Part shown: positions 22,934 through 24,000 of the stretch, piece by piece
Position numbering within the stretch: position 1 is the stretch's first letter
How the letters are laid out: each line of letters starts with the position of its first letter
The notes under the pieces: model-generated
Seen by the model: only the letters and a program-made list of their open reading frames with translations
What the model was told of the DNA's origin: nothing
Databases searched by the model: none
Program-made: the position numbers and the translations under genes
DNA from: Vibrio sp. VB16
Lineage (GTDB): Bacteria > Pseudomonadota > Gammaproteobacteria > Enterobacterales > Vibrionaceae
DNA length: 24,000 nucleotides
Direction of reading: 5' to 3'
Assembly (NCBI RefSeq): GCF_015594925.2
Contig: NZ_CP087590.1
Location: 3,132,270 to 3,156,269 of the forward strand

Positions 22934-24000
22934 TTACACCATCAGAGCACCCATAAGTTTAATGGCATTTGGTTGATGATGATCTCTGAGTGAGTGTAAC
23001 CGATTCGCTAGAATATCAATCGCTTCTGCATTACATTCCTCTTTTAACAATACAAATTCCGCCGCTTTAAGACACGCGTCATCATCTATAGCCACCTCTA
23101 TCAATCTGGTGAGCGAAATGTCTACTTTATTGCTATTGAGTGCGGCGAGTTTAAGGGCCTGCTTTTTCACCCCAGAAGAGGGGTCCACTAGGCATTTATT
23201 GATCAGGAATGAAACGGCATCTCTCTGATTTTGTTTCACCTTAGGCATATGAGCTTCCAAAGAGGTGAGGCTACAGAGTCGAACGTGTTCATTCTTGTCT
23301 GTCAAAGCGTAAAGCAGTAATGGAATCGCTTTGCTTGCAGGCATGTTTGCCAGCAAGCTAATGGCCGATTGCTTGGTTAAGTCGTCACCATGATAGACAC
23401 TGTTCCCTGCGGCTCCTAACCCATTGTTGACCTCTTTACTCTCTGGACGCGCCATTTTAATACGTTTAAGCGACTGAAATATTTCTCTTAACTCATTGGG
23501 CTGTGCACCAAGGACCGAGTCAACAAGCCATTGAGCGCTTTCTTCCGAATGTGATAACCCTAAAGATTTAAGTGCCAATATTTTATTTGATAACGAAGGT
23601 AACTTGGCTATTTTTCGACGATTCAGATCAAGCTTCTCTGCACTATCAAAGTTATCTTTGACCAACTGCGCATACTCTTCTAATTCAGAATCCAGCCCTT
23701 CAACCATTTCGACAATGCGTTGCTGCTGCTCTGGTTCATCTTTATCTGGGGTAAGTTCTGACTCTATATTGGCTTGCTGAATAGCCCCCAATGTAGAGTT
23801 TGGTGTGTTCACAACATTGAGTGGCGTATCAATTTTTGCTTCGTATTGACTCAGCAATAACCCCAACTCTACTTCAGATTGCGCTTCTTCCTTCACAGGA
23901 TTATCAGAAACACTTACCTCTTCGCTAACATCACGTTCATCGGACGATTCGACAACCTCAACGTCAATTGGATTCGCGTAAGCATCAACGCCAAATAGCG
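22934..24000 (-). CDS. Hypothetical protein with an acidic N-terminal half and C-terminal HEAT/PBS-lyase-like repeats (5' end outside the window)
   Basis: The frame stays open from the GTG at 23896 (the ORF-track start) to nt 24000, translating ...LFGVDAYANPIDVEVVESSDERDVSEEVSVSDNPV-KEEAQ... The gene therefore probably starts beyond the window. The C-terminal AIPLLLYALTDKNEHVRLCSLTSLEAH resembles the HEAT-repeat consensus. Confidence 0.6.
   Translation of the reverse strand, partial: LFGVDAYANPIDVEVVESSDERDVSEEVSVSDNPVKEEAQSEVELGLLLSQYEAKIDTPLNVVNTPNSTLGAIQQANIESELTPDKDEPEQQQRIVEMVEGLDSELEEYAQLVKDNFDSAEKLDLNRRKIAKLPSLSNKILALKSLGLSHSEESAQWLVDSVLGAQPNELREIFQSLKRIKMARPESKEVNNGLGAAGNSVYHGDDLTKQSAISLLANMPASKAIPLLLYALTDKNEHVRLCSLTSLEAHMPKVKQNQRDAVSFLINKCLVDPSSGVKKQALKLAALNSNKVDISLTRLIEVAIDDDACLKAAEFVLLKEECNAEAIDILANRLHSLRDHHQPNAIKLMGALMV

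Noticed and set aside
1-24000. Screen for CRISPR arrays, IS elements and transposases, integrons, rRNA, prophage or defence-system genes
   Set aside because: No spaced direct repeats, terminal inverted repeats, transposase, integrase or recombinase ORFs, nuclease/ATPase defence-type ORFs or rRNA-like sequence were seen anywhere in the window.

Overview
The window looks like a chromosomal segment from an AT-rich gammaproteobacterium. I infer Vibrionaceae from the protein sequences and have not verified this. It contains four blocks. (1) 1-4340 holds the macromolecular-synthesis locus: the 3' end of a GatB/YqeY-domain gene, dnaG, rpoD and a CAU-anticodon tRNA that closely resembles E. coli ileX, with promoters and terminators I can read. 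(2) 4700-9900 holds a redox/electrophile module: a LysR regulator divergent from a GST, two MDR-family oxidoreductases and a secreted CXXCH haem protein. (3) 10069-17236 on the minus strand is the most interesting block. It is a tightly packed eight-gene operon homologous to the uncharacterised E. coli yhfZ-yhfY-yhfX-yhfW-php-yhfU-yhfT cluster. Here the gene order is rearranged, the yhfS-type gene is missing, and the operon ends in a nagB glucosamine-6-phosphate deaminase. (4) 17390-24000 holds a small ORF, an orphan MSHA-type pilin, a small secreted protein behind a perfect CRP core site, a Cache/PAS histidine kinase translationally coupled to a sigma-54 (NtrC-type) response regulator, and a partial acidic/HEAT-repeat protein. 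I saw no CRISPR array, transposase, integrase, rRNA or defence genes. All homology statements come from reading the translated ORFs and from memory of the families, and no database search was run.
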